From positions 1 to 64,000 of IMG/VR virus record IMGVR_UViG_3300032144_000004: a stretch of DNA of 64,000 nucleotides; one strand, written 5' to 3'. A program made the position numbers and the translations under genes. This document shows, piece after piece, positions 48,638-56,618 of this stretch. The DNA is from a virus. The notes under the pieces are model-generated. The model was not told where the DNA came from and did not search any database. It saw nothing but the letters and a program-made list of their open reading frames with translations. Numbering within the stretch: the first letter of the stretch is position 1; the number at the start of each line of letters is the position of its first letter.

Positions 48638-49261
48638 ATGGGAAACCCCAATCACCTCGAGATCAACGCTGGCGACGACACGCAGATGTGGATCGACATC
48701 TCGCTTTCCATGAAGGAAGCGGATTGTCCGAACGGAATGCAGCGCATCGAGTACCTCAAAGAGCAAACGATCAGCTTCATCGAAGCGGCTTCGAAGTACG
48801 ACACGAACGGCGTGGACGTGGGCGTGTTCGGCATCGGTGCCAAGCACCTCGGTGCCCTGACGCCCGCGCAAGCGCGTGATGCAATCATGCCGCTCACGGC
48901 GAAGGACCCGGGCACGGACACGGCCGCAGCGCTGCGTGCCGCGTGGAAAATCCACAAGGCCAAGACCAACGAAGATCAAACCGTGTGCTTCATTGCCACG
49001 GACGGTGCACCCTCGGACCGCGAGGACACTAAGAAGGCGCTGCGCGAAATCGGCGCTCAGCAAGACGCTGGCAGCGAGGAATTTTCGGTGTCGTTCCTGG
49101 TGGTGGGCGAGCCGAACGCCGACCTCAAGGCGTTTTTGGACGAGTGCGACAACACGCTGAACGCCAAAGACAAGAACGGCAAAGACATCGACTTCGTAGA
49201 CTGGAAGTACCTCGACAAGGTGAACTTCCTCGAAGCGTGGGTCGGCGCCGTTCACGACTGA
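48638..49261 (+). CDS. vWA-domain protein (TerY-like)
   Basis: 207 aa. MIDAS motif WIDISLSM ... T-D-T ... ATDGAPSD. Confidence 0.6.
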   Translation: MGNPNHLEINAGDDTQMWIDISLSMKEADCPNGMQRIEYLKEQTISFIEAASKYDTNGVDVGVFGIGAKHLGALTPAQARDAIMPLTAKDPGTDTAAALRAAWKIHKAKTNEDQTVCFIATDGAPSDREDTKKALREIGAQQDAGSEEFSVSFLVVGEPNADLKAFLDECDNTLNAKDKNGKDIDFVDWKYLDKVNFLEAWVGAVHD

Positions 49262-49421
49262 GTCAGGAGAGAAGACCCGGCCGCGTGGCGCGTCGAGCGC
49301 GGATGAGACCCGGAATGAAGTCGCCTACGCTCCCCCAATCTGGCCGTCCATGCTGGTGACAGGGGTAGGCGTAGGCGGCGATCGACACCAACTAAAGTCG
49401 CTCCACGTGAGCGCGCATGTG

Positions 49422-49456
49422 GGCCCCGGCGTTTGATGACGCCGGGGCCTTGTTTT
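49422..49456 (+). terminator. Intrinsic terminator or attenuator hairpin, 30 nt upstream of the TerC start
   Basis: GGCCCCGGCGT TTGATG ACGCCGGGGCC (11 bp perfect stem) followed by TTGTTTT. Confidence 0.7.
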
Positions 49457-49485
49457 AGAACCGTCCCCCAACCCCAGGACAAGTC

Positions 49486-50046
49486 ATGTTTCAGCTATTT
49501 CAGCTTGTGTGGATCGTGCTCGTGGATGCGGCCTTGAGTCTCGACAACGCGGTGCTCATTTGTGGCGTGGCGAAGAATGTGCCCGAAGCAGAGCGCGATC
49601 GTGTGAAGGTGTTCGGCGTGCTCGGCGCGGTCGTCGCGCGCATCGGCTTCGCGTTTCTCGGTGCATGGCTTCTGAAGTACGCGGCCTTTACGCTCGTGGG
49701 CGGCGGATACCTGCTCCTTGTCGCCTTGAACATGTGGAAGAAGCGCGGCGAGCCCGAGAAAACCGAGAAGAAGTGGTGGGAACACATGTTTGGGCCCGTC
49801 CCGCAAATCATCGTCGCCGATGTGATGATGAGCGGCGACAACGTTTTGGCCATCGCGCACACCGCGCGCGGCAACGTCTGGCTCATGACGTTCGGCATCG
49901 TGCTTTCGATCGCGTTGATGTTCTTCGCGATGCGCTGGATCACCGTGGCCCTGGAGCGTTTCAAATGGGCATTCCCGGCGGCCTGCGGCATCGTGGCCGC
50001 GACCGGTGCGCACATGGTCTGGATCGGCATCTTCACGCGCGTCTAG
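49486..50046 (+). CDS. TerC-family integral membrane protein (YjbE/Alx-like; putative metal exporter)
   Basis: 186 aa. Duplicated ...SLDNAVL... and ...SGDNVLAIA... motifs and six hydrophobic helices. Confidence 0.8.
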   Translation: MFQLFQLVWIVLVDAALSLDNAVLICGVAKNVPEAERDRVKVFGVLGAVVARIGFAFLGAWLLKYAAFTLVGGGYLLLVALNMWKKRGEPEKTEKKWWEHMFGPVPQIIVADVMMSGDNVLAIAHTARGNVWLMTFGIVLSIALMFFAMRWITVALERFKWAFPAACGIVAATGAHMVWIGIFTRV

Positions 50047-50064
50047 CGCTCCTGGCTAACCAGC

Positions 50065-50101
50065 GCTGTGTCGGTATTGCAAGACACACAATATCGACAC
50101 A
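50065..50101 (+). other. 14-bp hairpin directly after the TerC gene (no U-tract)
   Basis: CTGTGTCGGTATTG CAAGACACA CAATATCGACACAG. Confidence 0.5.
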
Positions 50102-50160
50102 GTGCGAGGTAACACTCGCGCCACAGTGTGCCAGGGTCGGTGCGGGAGATAACCCGACCT

Positions 50161-50526
50161 ATGGCAAGTGCATTGCGGTTGTACCGGCTCGACGGAACTG
50201 AGATCACGTCCCCCGCGGGGAGGTTTCCGTGGGTCGTAGAAAACTGGACGTTCATCCCGTCTGGCGAGCTGGATGAAAACGGCGACCCCATCTACAACGG
50301 CGCGGTGAACGATGGGATTGTGGCGTTCCCCGCGCCCGCTCCGCTCGATCTCGGAAGCGCCATCAGCCACGTTCGGCTGTATCTGAATCCGCTGTCCGGG
50401 AGCTACACGCACGCAGCGTCGAGCGACGGTATCCTGCTTGTGAACTTTCTCACCGGATTGATCGGCATCAACCAGTACGTGGTGTTTGGCGCGGGAGAGC
50501 TCACGCTGCACATCCCGCCGCCGTAG
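50161..50526 (+). CDS. Hypothetical protein (121 aa)
   Basis: ORF 50128..50526 trimmed to ATG 50161. Confidence 0.55.
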   Translation: MASALRLYRLDGTEITSPAGRFPWVVENWTFIPSGELDENGDPIYNGAVNDGIVAFPAPAPLDLGSAISHVRLYLNPLSGSYTHAASSDGILLVNFLTGLIGINQYVVFGAGELTLHIPPP

Positions 50527-50529
50527 GCT

Positions 50530-50793
50530 TCAGCGTAGGAGCTCATCGACGGTGATGCCGCTCGCGCGGATCGCGTTGCACAGCGCGCGTGATGTGACCT
50601 CGTCGTCGCCGGTGATCGACTTCCAGTGCGCGCGCGTGCGCGCGTCCCACACCACGCCGCCGCCCAACAAAAGAAGGGCCGCGCGCAGGAGCATTCGATG
50701 CTTCACCGCGCGCGGCCCGTATTCGTCGACTTGGGTGACCGCGTCATCCTCTAGCCATCCAGCGTCCTTATGTTGTGCTACATCTGCCGACAT
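50530..50793 (-). CDS. Hypothetical protein (87 aa)
   Basis: ORF 50530..50811 trimmed to ATG 50793. Confidence 0.45.
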   Translation of the reverse strand: MSADVAQHKDAGWLEDDAVTQVDEYGPRAVKHRMLLRAALLLLGGGVVWDARTRAHWKSITGDDEVTSRALCNAIRASGITVDELLR

Positions 50794-50816
50794 TTGTATA
50801 CGGCATAGCACACATC

Positions 50817-51152
50817 TCAGACGCCGTCAGGCAGGGGTGGGATCTTGTTATTCGTTGTTATGGCCCGCAGGCGCCTCACGGTGGGCGTTCCTTTGGGGAC
50901 GGGCAAGAGCTCGGCATAGGTCTTCGTCGCCGAGCGTGCGCCCTCGAGCGCGGCGCCACGCACCGCCTGCTCGGCGAACAACCTGAGCTCGTCGATGAGC
51001 AGCGGCGGCAGCCGCTCGCGCGTGTAGTGCGTGAGCAACTGAGCTGTGCGGGTTGTGAGCGCGTCTGCGATTCCCTGCAGACGCTCGGATAGGCCGCGCT
51101 CGGGGGACACTGGCGGGTGTCCCCCGGTTGGGCGGTCGCCTGTCGATGTCAT
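50817..51152 (-). CDS. Hypothetical protein (111 aa)
   Basis: ORF track. Confidence 0.5.
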   Translation of the reverse strand: MTSTGDRPTGGHPPVSPERGLSERLQGIADALTTRTAQLLTHYTRERLPPLLIDELRLFAEQAVRGAALEGARSATKTYAELLPVPKGTPTVRRLRAITTNNKIPPLPDGV

Positions 51153-51186
51153 TTGAAATCTCCGAAACTAGAGCTACGATTGGGAG

Positions 51187-51741
51187 ATGCTCGAAAAACC
51201 ATGCATCCGATGCGGCGTGACCCAGCCAGTGGAGGCGTTTACTAAGAACTGGCGCCACCGCGACGGCCGCATCAACAAGTGCAAGGGGTGCGTTCGGGTT
51301 GAGCAGAACGCTCGGTACCACCAGACGCGCGGCAAGGGTCGCGCGGAGAGGAGTGCTGCCAAACGAACGGCGGCGCTGCAGGCGACGTCAAAGACCTGTC
51401 GTCTGTGCGACGAGGAGAAACCGCTCGACAGGTTCCACAGAAACGACACCTACATCGGCGGCAGAGCTTCAGCGTGCATGTCATGCGTAGCTGAGCGCGC
51501 ATCGGCAAAGTGCACCGTCGGAAGACGTCGGCGCTCGAAACTTCGGCCGGCTAAGGTCGCAGCACGAAACGCGATCAACAACGCAATCAACCAGGGTCGG
51601 TTGGTCCGTGGTTCGTGCGAGATTTGCGGAAACGCAAATGCTCATGGGCACCACGACGACTATTCGAAGCCGTTTGAAGTTCGCTGGCTGTGCCGCCAGC
51701 ACCATGATGAATGGCACCGGCGGCACGGACAGGCTGCTTGA
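51187..51741 (+). CDS. HNH-like nuclease, paralog B (184 aa)
   Basis: CEICGNANAHGHHDDYSKPFEVRWLCRQHHDEWH parallels ORF 47956..48387. Repeated CxxC modules lie upstream. Confidence 0.5.
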   Translation: MLEKPCIRCGVTQPVEAFTKNWRHRDGRINKCKGCVRVEQNARYHQTRGKGRAERSAAKRTAALQATSKTCRLCDEEKPLDRFHRNDTYIGGRASACMSCVAERASAKCTVGRRRRSKLRPAKVAARNAINNAINQGRLVRGSCEICGNANAHGHHDDYSKPFEVRWLCRQHHDEWHRRHGQAA

Positions 51742-52035
51742 TTACTTGTTGGGACCGACGCCAGGATCCGTCTTGCGCGACGCGGTGGCCTTCGCGGCCA
51801 ACGTCTCCTGAAGAGATTCGCTGACATCCTTCAGGGAGAAGTCGCCAAAGACCTTTGCCCGTTTGGCGTAACCCACCATCAGCGTGCCCAGCGCCATCAA
51901 GACCTTGGACACGCCTGCCGAAATGAGCCCGAGCGCAGGAATGCTCGCCGCGGTCAACGCGTCGTCCATCCCGCCCACAAGCACCAACATCGACCCGATC
52001 GTAAAACACGCAGCGCGCAGAGCCTCCGGAGACAT
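51742..52035 (-). CDS. Membrane protein (97 aa), holin candidate
   Basis: Two or three hydrophobic helices and a charged tail. Immediately downstream of the tail-fibre gene. Confidence 0.4.
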   Translation of the reverse strand: MSPEALRAACFTIGSMLVLVGGMDDALTAASIPALGLISAGVSKVLMALGTLMVGYAKRAKVFGDFSLKDVSESLQETLAAKATASRKTDPGVGPNK

Positions 52036-52154
52036 AAGAGCTACAGCTTTCTGCGGTACTGAAAGCAGTATAACGCTTGCAGCTGTTGGCTGCGCTCAAT
52101 TTCGCGTATGGTCAACGCCGAACGCCGAACGCGACTTGACTGTCAGATGCTCCG

Positions 52155-54830
52155 CTATCTGACAGGTCGCCGCATGACGCCGAGCGCGCCCATCCTGCGA
52201 AGGGTCCGCGCGTTTCCGCCGGCCCCGCCACCGCCTCCGCCGCCTGTCAACGTTCCGGAAAGCGTGCTCGCGCTCGTCGCCGTACCAGAAACGTTTCGAG
52301 GGCCAGCCACGTTTATGCCGCCGGAGAGCGTGCTCGCGCTGGTGAGGGGCGCTGCAGAAAGTTGCGTGCTCAACGCTCCCGACAGAGCGCTTGCGTTGTC
52401 GAGCTCGGCGTCCAGCGGCTGAAACTGGGACCCAGATCCGAGTAGACTCGAGCCGGAGAAAAGCGTCCCGGAGACCGACATCACAAGAGCGCCGACAAAC
52501 GCGCTCGCAGAGCCCAGGTCGCCCGCAAGGGCTATCGGCTGGGACAGGTTGGCGTCGAGGCTTGAGCCGCTTGCCAGGTCACCTGCAAGGGGTTTGATCG
52601 AGCTCACTGCGCCGGAAAGCGTGCTCGCGCTCGTGGCCGTGGCCGCGAGGAGCTTTTCCGTGTTCAGCAAACCGGTGAGCGTGCTCGCGGTCAAAAGTGT
52701 GCCGGCGTAGAGGCCGTTGATGCCGAGCGCCGGCGGTATGAGCGTGCTCGCGGAGTCGGACGTGCCAACGAGCGCCTGCAGCTGAACTATGGCGCCTGTC
52801 AGGGTGCTGGCGTCGAGCGTGTCGCCCGCAAGAGGTTTGCCGGAGCTCACCGTGCCGGAAAGCGTGCTCGCCGAGCTGAGGTTGCCGAGGATGGCGTAAT
52901 TTTGGACCGCGGAAGCTGTGAGCGTACTGGCCGAGAGCAGCGACCCAGCAAGGGCTTGGGCCTGTGCCAGCGCAGCCGGGGTGAGCGTGGATGCGCTGGT
53001 GGCAGTGCCGGCGATTGGCTGTGACTGTCCCAAAAGCGCGTTCAGCGTAGATGCGCTCGTTGACGAACCCGCGATTGGCTGCTGCTGCCCCAGTAAAGCG
53101 GAGAGGTCTGAGGCGCTCGACACCGCGCTCTCGAGCACCTGCGACTGGCGTGCTGCGCCGGTCAGCGTGCTTGCTGATGTCGACGTGCCCGCAAGCGCGT
53201 TGAGCGGCGGCGGATCCGTGGACGGCGCCTCGGTCTGGGCTTCGTTTGAGTCGTTGTTGGCGAGCGTGAGACCGTTGCCCGAGCCGTCCAGTGTCACGTT
53301 TTGCCACGACAGGGCCCACCATCCGCTCAGATACTCCGTGGCGCAATGCGGTGTGTTGTACGCAGCTTCGCTGGCGATGTCGCCGGCCGGGAGTTTTCTG
53401 GACCACAGCTTGACCTGCGCAAGCTCTCCGAAGCATCCGCTGACGGAGTTTGCGGTTTGTATGTTTAGGAGAGTGGCTGTAGGGCCGGCGATTGCGATGG
53501 CCGTAGTGGCGACCAAGGATCCATCTGCATAAGCGCGGACATCCGTGCCGTCGTAGGTGAGACAAGCGTGGTGCCACGCCGAATCCGTCGCGGCTCCGTA
53601 GACCACCGTCGTGGATGTGCCGTCGAAAACACGCAGGGACCATGACTGGGTGCCAGCCGCGTTTATGATCCCTAGCCGAGCGTTGAACGACGTTCCCTGA
53701 ATCTGGGCGTACACGGTGTCGCCGTTGGCGGGCAGGCTCAGACCGCGCAGCCATGCCATCCAGGTGAACGCGCTGGTTGAGAAGCTCATGCCCGAACGCG
53801 ATAGGTTTGTTGTGCCGTTGTCGACGATGCGCCTGCCCCAGCGGGGCCGAGCCCACGCGCTCAGCGTGCTTGCATCCGTGCTGCTTCCGGCAAGCGCGTT
53901 GATCTGAACGGCTGCGCCGGTGAGCGTGCTGGCGCTCGTGAGACCGCCAGTCGTCAGCGGTTTGATCGTGTTGAGCGCGCCGGTCAGCGTGTCCGCGCTT
54001 GTTACCGTGGACGCAAGCGCTTGCGATTGGCGTGCCGCGCCTGTCAGCGTGGACGCGCTGGTGGCGGTGCTGGCGATAGGTTTGCTGGCGTTGAGCGCGC
54101 CGGTGAACGTGCTCGCGCTTGTCCCGGTTCCAGCAACGTCTACGGCGGGGGACTCAGGCTGCGGCGGATTGTCTGAAGTGCTGTAGCTGAGCGCTGTGCC
54201 GCTTCCGGCTGTTGAGCCGTTGCGCCCGCTGCCGCTGCTGTCGCTGGCGTCGCTGTCGAGACGCCAGAACAACTCCAAACCGCTTGTGACTTGCGGCACG
54301 CGGTACGAGGCCATGTCCGACACTTCGCTGTCGGAGATCGCTCGATTGAAGTAGAAAGCGTCCGCGAACTTGCCCGGACCAATGATCCCAAACCCGTTGG
54401 CCGTGCTGCTGATAGAACGCGTTGTGCTGGACGCTTGCTGCCCGATGAACGTGCCGTCGATGTACGCTCTAATCTGGCCGGTGGTCGCGTTGTAGACTAG
54501 ACAAAGGTGGTACCAGGTGCTGGTGTTGCCGTAGCATGTCGAGCGCGCCGTCGTGTCTTGCGTGTACGAAAAGAAGCCGCCCTGGCGCGTCCAGTTTTGA
54601 GCCGTCGACGTGGCGCCGTTGGCTCGGCCGATGAACGAGCCAGACAAGTCGGACTGCGCCAAGTAATAGCAACTTGCGCTGCTGTAGTTGGTGGCAGTGC
54701 CTGTCGCTTTGAATCGAACGCCAATGGTATGCGAGGCGCGAAGGTTCACGCCCGTGTAATTGACGTTTAGGTACTGACCTGAACCGGACCCGCTTGTTGG
54801 ATCGTATGAGGCAGCGCTGATTACGGCCAT
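52155..54830 (-). CDS. Tail fibre / receptor-binding protein with two LamG-like (concanavalin-type) domains and two blocks of ~19-aa repeats
   Basis: 891 aa. LamG-like segments (...CLVYNATTGQIRAYIDGTFIG..., ...ACLTYDGTDVRAYADGSLV...). Repeats of the type TSASTLTGAxxQxQALAG. C-terminal poly-Gly. Confidence 0.7.
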   Translation of the reverse strand: MAVISAASYDPTSGSGSGQYLNVNYTGVNLRASHTIGVRFKATGTATNYSSASCYYLAQSDLSGSFIGRANGATSTAQNWTRQGGFFSYTQDTTARSTCYGNTSTWYHLCLVYNATTGQIRAYIDGTFIGQQASSTTRSISSTANGFGIIGPGKFADAFYFNRAISDSEVSDMASYRVPQVTSGLELFWRLDSDASDSSGSGRNGSTAGSGTALSYSTSDNPPQPESPAVDVAGTGTSASTFTGALNASKPIASTATSASTLTGAARQSQALASTVTSADTLTGALNTIKPLTTGGLTSASTLTGAAVQINALAGSSTDASTLSAWARPRWGRRIVDNGTTNLSRSGMSFSTSAFTWMAWLRGLSLPANGDTVYAQIQGTSFNARLGIINAAGTQSWSLRVFDGTSTTVVYGAATDSAWHHACLTYDGTDVRAYADGSLVATTAIAIAGPTATLLNIQTANSVSGCFGELAQVKLWSRKLPAGDIASEAAYNTPHCATEYLSGWWALSWQNVTLDGSGNGLTLANNDSNEAQTEAPSTDPPPLNALAGTSTSASTLTGAARQSQVLESAVSSASDLSALLGQQQPIAGSSTSASTLNALLGQSQPIAGTATSASTLTPAALAQAQALAGSLLSASTLTASAVQNYAILGNLSSASTLSGTVSSGKPLAGDTLDASTLTGAIVQLQALVGTSDSASTLIPPALGINGLYAGTLLTASTLTGLLNTEKLLAATATSASTLSGAVSSIKPLAGDLASGSSLDANLSQPIALAGDLGSASAFVGALVMSVSGTLFSGSSLLGSGSQFQPLDAELDNASALSGALSTQLSAAPLTSASTLSGGINVAGPRNVSGTATSASTLSGTLTGGGGGGGAGGNARTLRRMGALGVMRRPVR
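52221..53215 (-). repeat. About 17 imperfect tandem ~57-nt (19-aa) repeats, block B of the tail fibre (approximate limits)
   Basis: The recurring plus-strand core GTGAGCGTGCTCGCG and variants appear about every 57 nt. Confidence 0.7.
53850..54150 (-). repeat. About 5 imperfect ~57-nt repeats, block A of the tail fibre (approximate limits)
   Basis: Same repeat family as block B (TSASTFTGALNASKPIAS / TATSASTLTGAARQSQALAS ...). Confidence 0.65.
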
Positions 54831-54924
54831 AGTTCACACACTGTTCGGCTGCGGATTTAGCTGAAGTCAAAGCGTCGAGCGCGAGCACACGCGCCAAGTC
54901 GCAAGACCTGGCGCGTGTGGCCCA

Positions 54925-55356
54925 TCAGACGCTGTCGAACGAGTGCACCAGCGCGCCGGTTGCAAAGGACGCGGTGTTGCCGTTGTTGATCACCTGCGAG
55001 GCGGTAAGCGCTGCGGAGCCGATGAAGGCCGCCGCGGTTTGCAGGGATGAGCTCGACCAGAGCCCGAAGTGTGTGACCGTACCCCAGTTGGCGGTCGCCG
55101 TGGGGAACGTGAACGCTTGCGCGTTCGCGATCGTGCTCGGATCCGCCGTGGTGGCCGCAGCCCAAAAGGTCGAATTGTTCGTGCTGTCGTAGCGCGCGTA
55201 CGAGCCGCCGGTAACCTCGTTGCTGCTGGCGCTTGCGCCGTCAGCCCCCGGATCACCCGTGTGCAAGCTCACCCAGATATGAGTTTGGGTGAGTGTGCCG
55301 CCGCGAAAGACATATTCGTTGAGTGTTTTGCGAAACGTGTTCCCGAAACCAGACAT
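54925..55356 (-). CDS. Virion structural protein (143 aa), tail-fibre associated by position
   Basis: ORF track. ATG lies 12 nt downstream of 12-mer copy 4. Ser/Thr/Ala-rich composition suggesting beta structure. Confidence 0.6.
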   Translation of the reverse strand: MSGFGNTFRKTLNEYVFRGGTLTQTHIWVSLHTGDPGADGASASSNEVTGGSYARYDSTNNSTFWAAATTADPSTIANAQAFTFPTATANWGTVTHFGLWSSSSLQTAAAFIGSAALTASQVINNGNTASFATGALVHSFDSV

Positions 55357-55368
55357 CGTGACTCAGTT

Positions 55369-55380
55369 CTCATCCCGGAG
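55369..55380 (-). promoter_or_regulatory. Conserved 12-mer CTCCGGGATGAG (copy 4)
   Basis: Exact repeat in the 45-nt gap before ATG 55356. Confidence 0.55.
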
Positions 55381-55401
55381 AACCTGTGACCTGATCGACT
55401 G

Positions 55402-55767
55402 CTAAAGTTCAGATCTAACGCGCTTCAGGACGCCGTCTGCTGTCTTGCGGATGATCCTGAAGTAGGCGTCTTTTTCGTTGATGAAGCGGTTGTATTCGAC
55501 GCCCGCGATCCACGGCCAACTCACGGTTGGGGCGGCGGCCACGATCGAACTGTTTGGTCCGAAGTGGATGTAGCAGTCGCTGTCCACGGTAAACGTGACC
55601 CAGCATCCGCCTATCGGAATGCCGTTTGGCAGCGTGAGCGTTGCCGCGCTCGAAGCCGAAGAAAACGGCGTGTTCGTCTCGACGGCAAGCGGATCCGGCA
55701 ACCCGTCATCGAGTGCGCCGTTTGCGTGTGGTGGCCGAAAAATAATGGCGCCAGCTTGACCTCTCAT
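55402..55767 (-). CDS. Hypothetical structural-module protein (121 aa)
   Basis: ORF track. Confidence 0.6.
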   Translation of the reverse strand: MRGQAGAIIFRPPHANGALDDGLPDPLAVETNTPFSSASSAATLTLPNGIPIGGCWVTFTVDSDCYIHFGPNSSIVAAAPTVSWPWIAGVEYNRFINEKDAYFRIIRKTADGVLKRVRSEL

Positions 55768-55779
55768 CGTCCGCTCCTA

Positions 55780-56190
55780 TCAGGTTGACCAAGCGCCAAT
55801 GGTTGCTTGGACCGACACGGTGCCGCCGCCGCTCGTGAACGTCCAAATGGGTCGCACCCATTTTGGAAATCCGCTGTACGAGACGACGACTTCTTGAGTG
55901 CCGATACCAAGATTGTTGAACGTGATCGCGTTGCCGGCGTAGGTGACAGTGCCCGGCACGGCAGACACGAGTGCGCCTGTGGTGAGCGCGGGCAAGACCG
56001 CGGCGTTATCGAGCGCGCGGTCGTTGTCGTTGGTGCCGGTGAGCGTCAGTGTTGCCTGCAACGTTGCAGCGGTTACGCTGACCACGCAGCTGAGCGTGAC
56101 CTTGTCGCAGTTGGCAACTCGGATCGAGCGGCCGATCTGCGTCGCGCCCGTGCCGACCAGCGCAACTTCAGTGACCAGAAAATCAGCCAT
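55780..56190 (-). CDS. Structural protein, tandem paralog 2 (136 aa)
   Basis: Aligns along its whole length with ORF 56205..56618 (VxNCDKxTL ... SVTAATLQ ... LTTGAL ... NAITxNN ... FTSGGGTV ... ATIGAWS). Confidence 0.65.
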   Translation of the reverse strand: MADFLVTEVALVGTGATQIGRSIRVANCDKVTLSCVVSVTAATLQATLTLTGTNDNDRALDNAAVLPALTTGALVSAVPGTVTYAGNAITFNNLGIGTQEVVVSYSGFPKWVRPIWTFTSGGGTVSVQATIGAWST

Positions 56191-56204
56191 CGCAAGCTCC
56201 TTTG

Positions 56205-56618
56205 CTACACAGACCAGGCGCCGATGGTGGCGCGTAAATCGACGGTGCCGCCGCCGCTCGTAAAGTCGTAGACAGCGCGCACCCAGGCCGGAAAGCTCGA
56301 GTACGCGACCGTAACTTCGTACGTGCCGATCGCGGGGTTGTTCAGCGTGATCGCATTGCTTGCGAACGTGATGCCGCTCGGGGCGGCGGTGATGAGCGCG
56401 CCGGTGGTCAGCACGGGCAACGCGCTTGTGGGGTCGAGCGCGGTGACTGGGTCGCTCGTGCCGTTGAGTGTGACTGTACCCTGCAGCGTTGCGGCTGTCA
56501 CCGACAGCGCGAGGGTCAGCGTGAGCTTGTCGCAGTTGCTGACCTGGACGGTGAGTCCCGCCGTGTCAGCGTTCGAGCCGGCAAGGATGGGCTGGCTCTT
56601 GAAGATCTCGGTGGCCAT
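56205..56618 (-). CDS. Structural protein, tandem paralog 1 (137 aa)
   Basis: ORF 56205..56765 trimmed to ATG 56618 (TAATG overlap). Confidence 0.65.
   Translation of the reverse strand: MATEIFKSQPILAGSNADTAGLTVQVSNCDKLTLTLALSVTAATLQGTVTLNGTSDPVTALDPTSALPVLTTGALITAAPSGITFASNAITLNNPAIGTYEVTVAYSSFPAWVRAVYDFTSGGGTVDLRATIGAWSV

Noticed and set aside
49262-49485. Annotating the TerC leader as a yybP-ykoY Mn2+ riboswitch feature
   Set aside because: Only weak similarity to the conserved GGGGAGUAG and UUGACAUA elements as I remember them. Without a covariance-model search the call cannot be supported, so it is kept only as a hypothesis in the findings.
52579-53856. 425-aa off-frame minus-strand ORF and several 60-200 aa plus-strand ORFs inside the tail-fibre gene. 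Similar nested ORFs occur in 56618-62949 (for example 56993..58045, 57205..57903, 60152..60919, 61066..61842).
   Set aside because: They are Arg/Pro/Ala/Ser-rich translations of alternative frames of long, repeat-rich, high-GC genes. Each is fully contained in a longer ORF with more protein-like composition.
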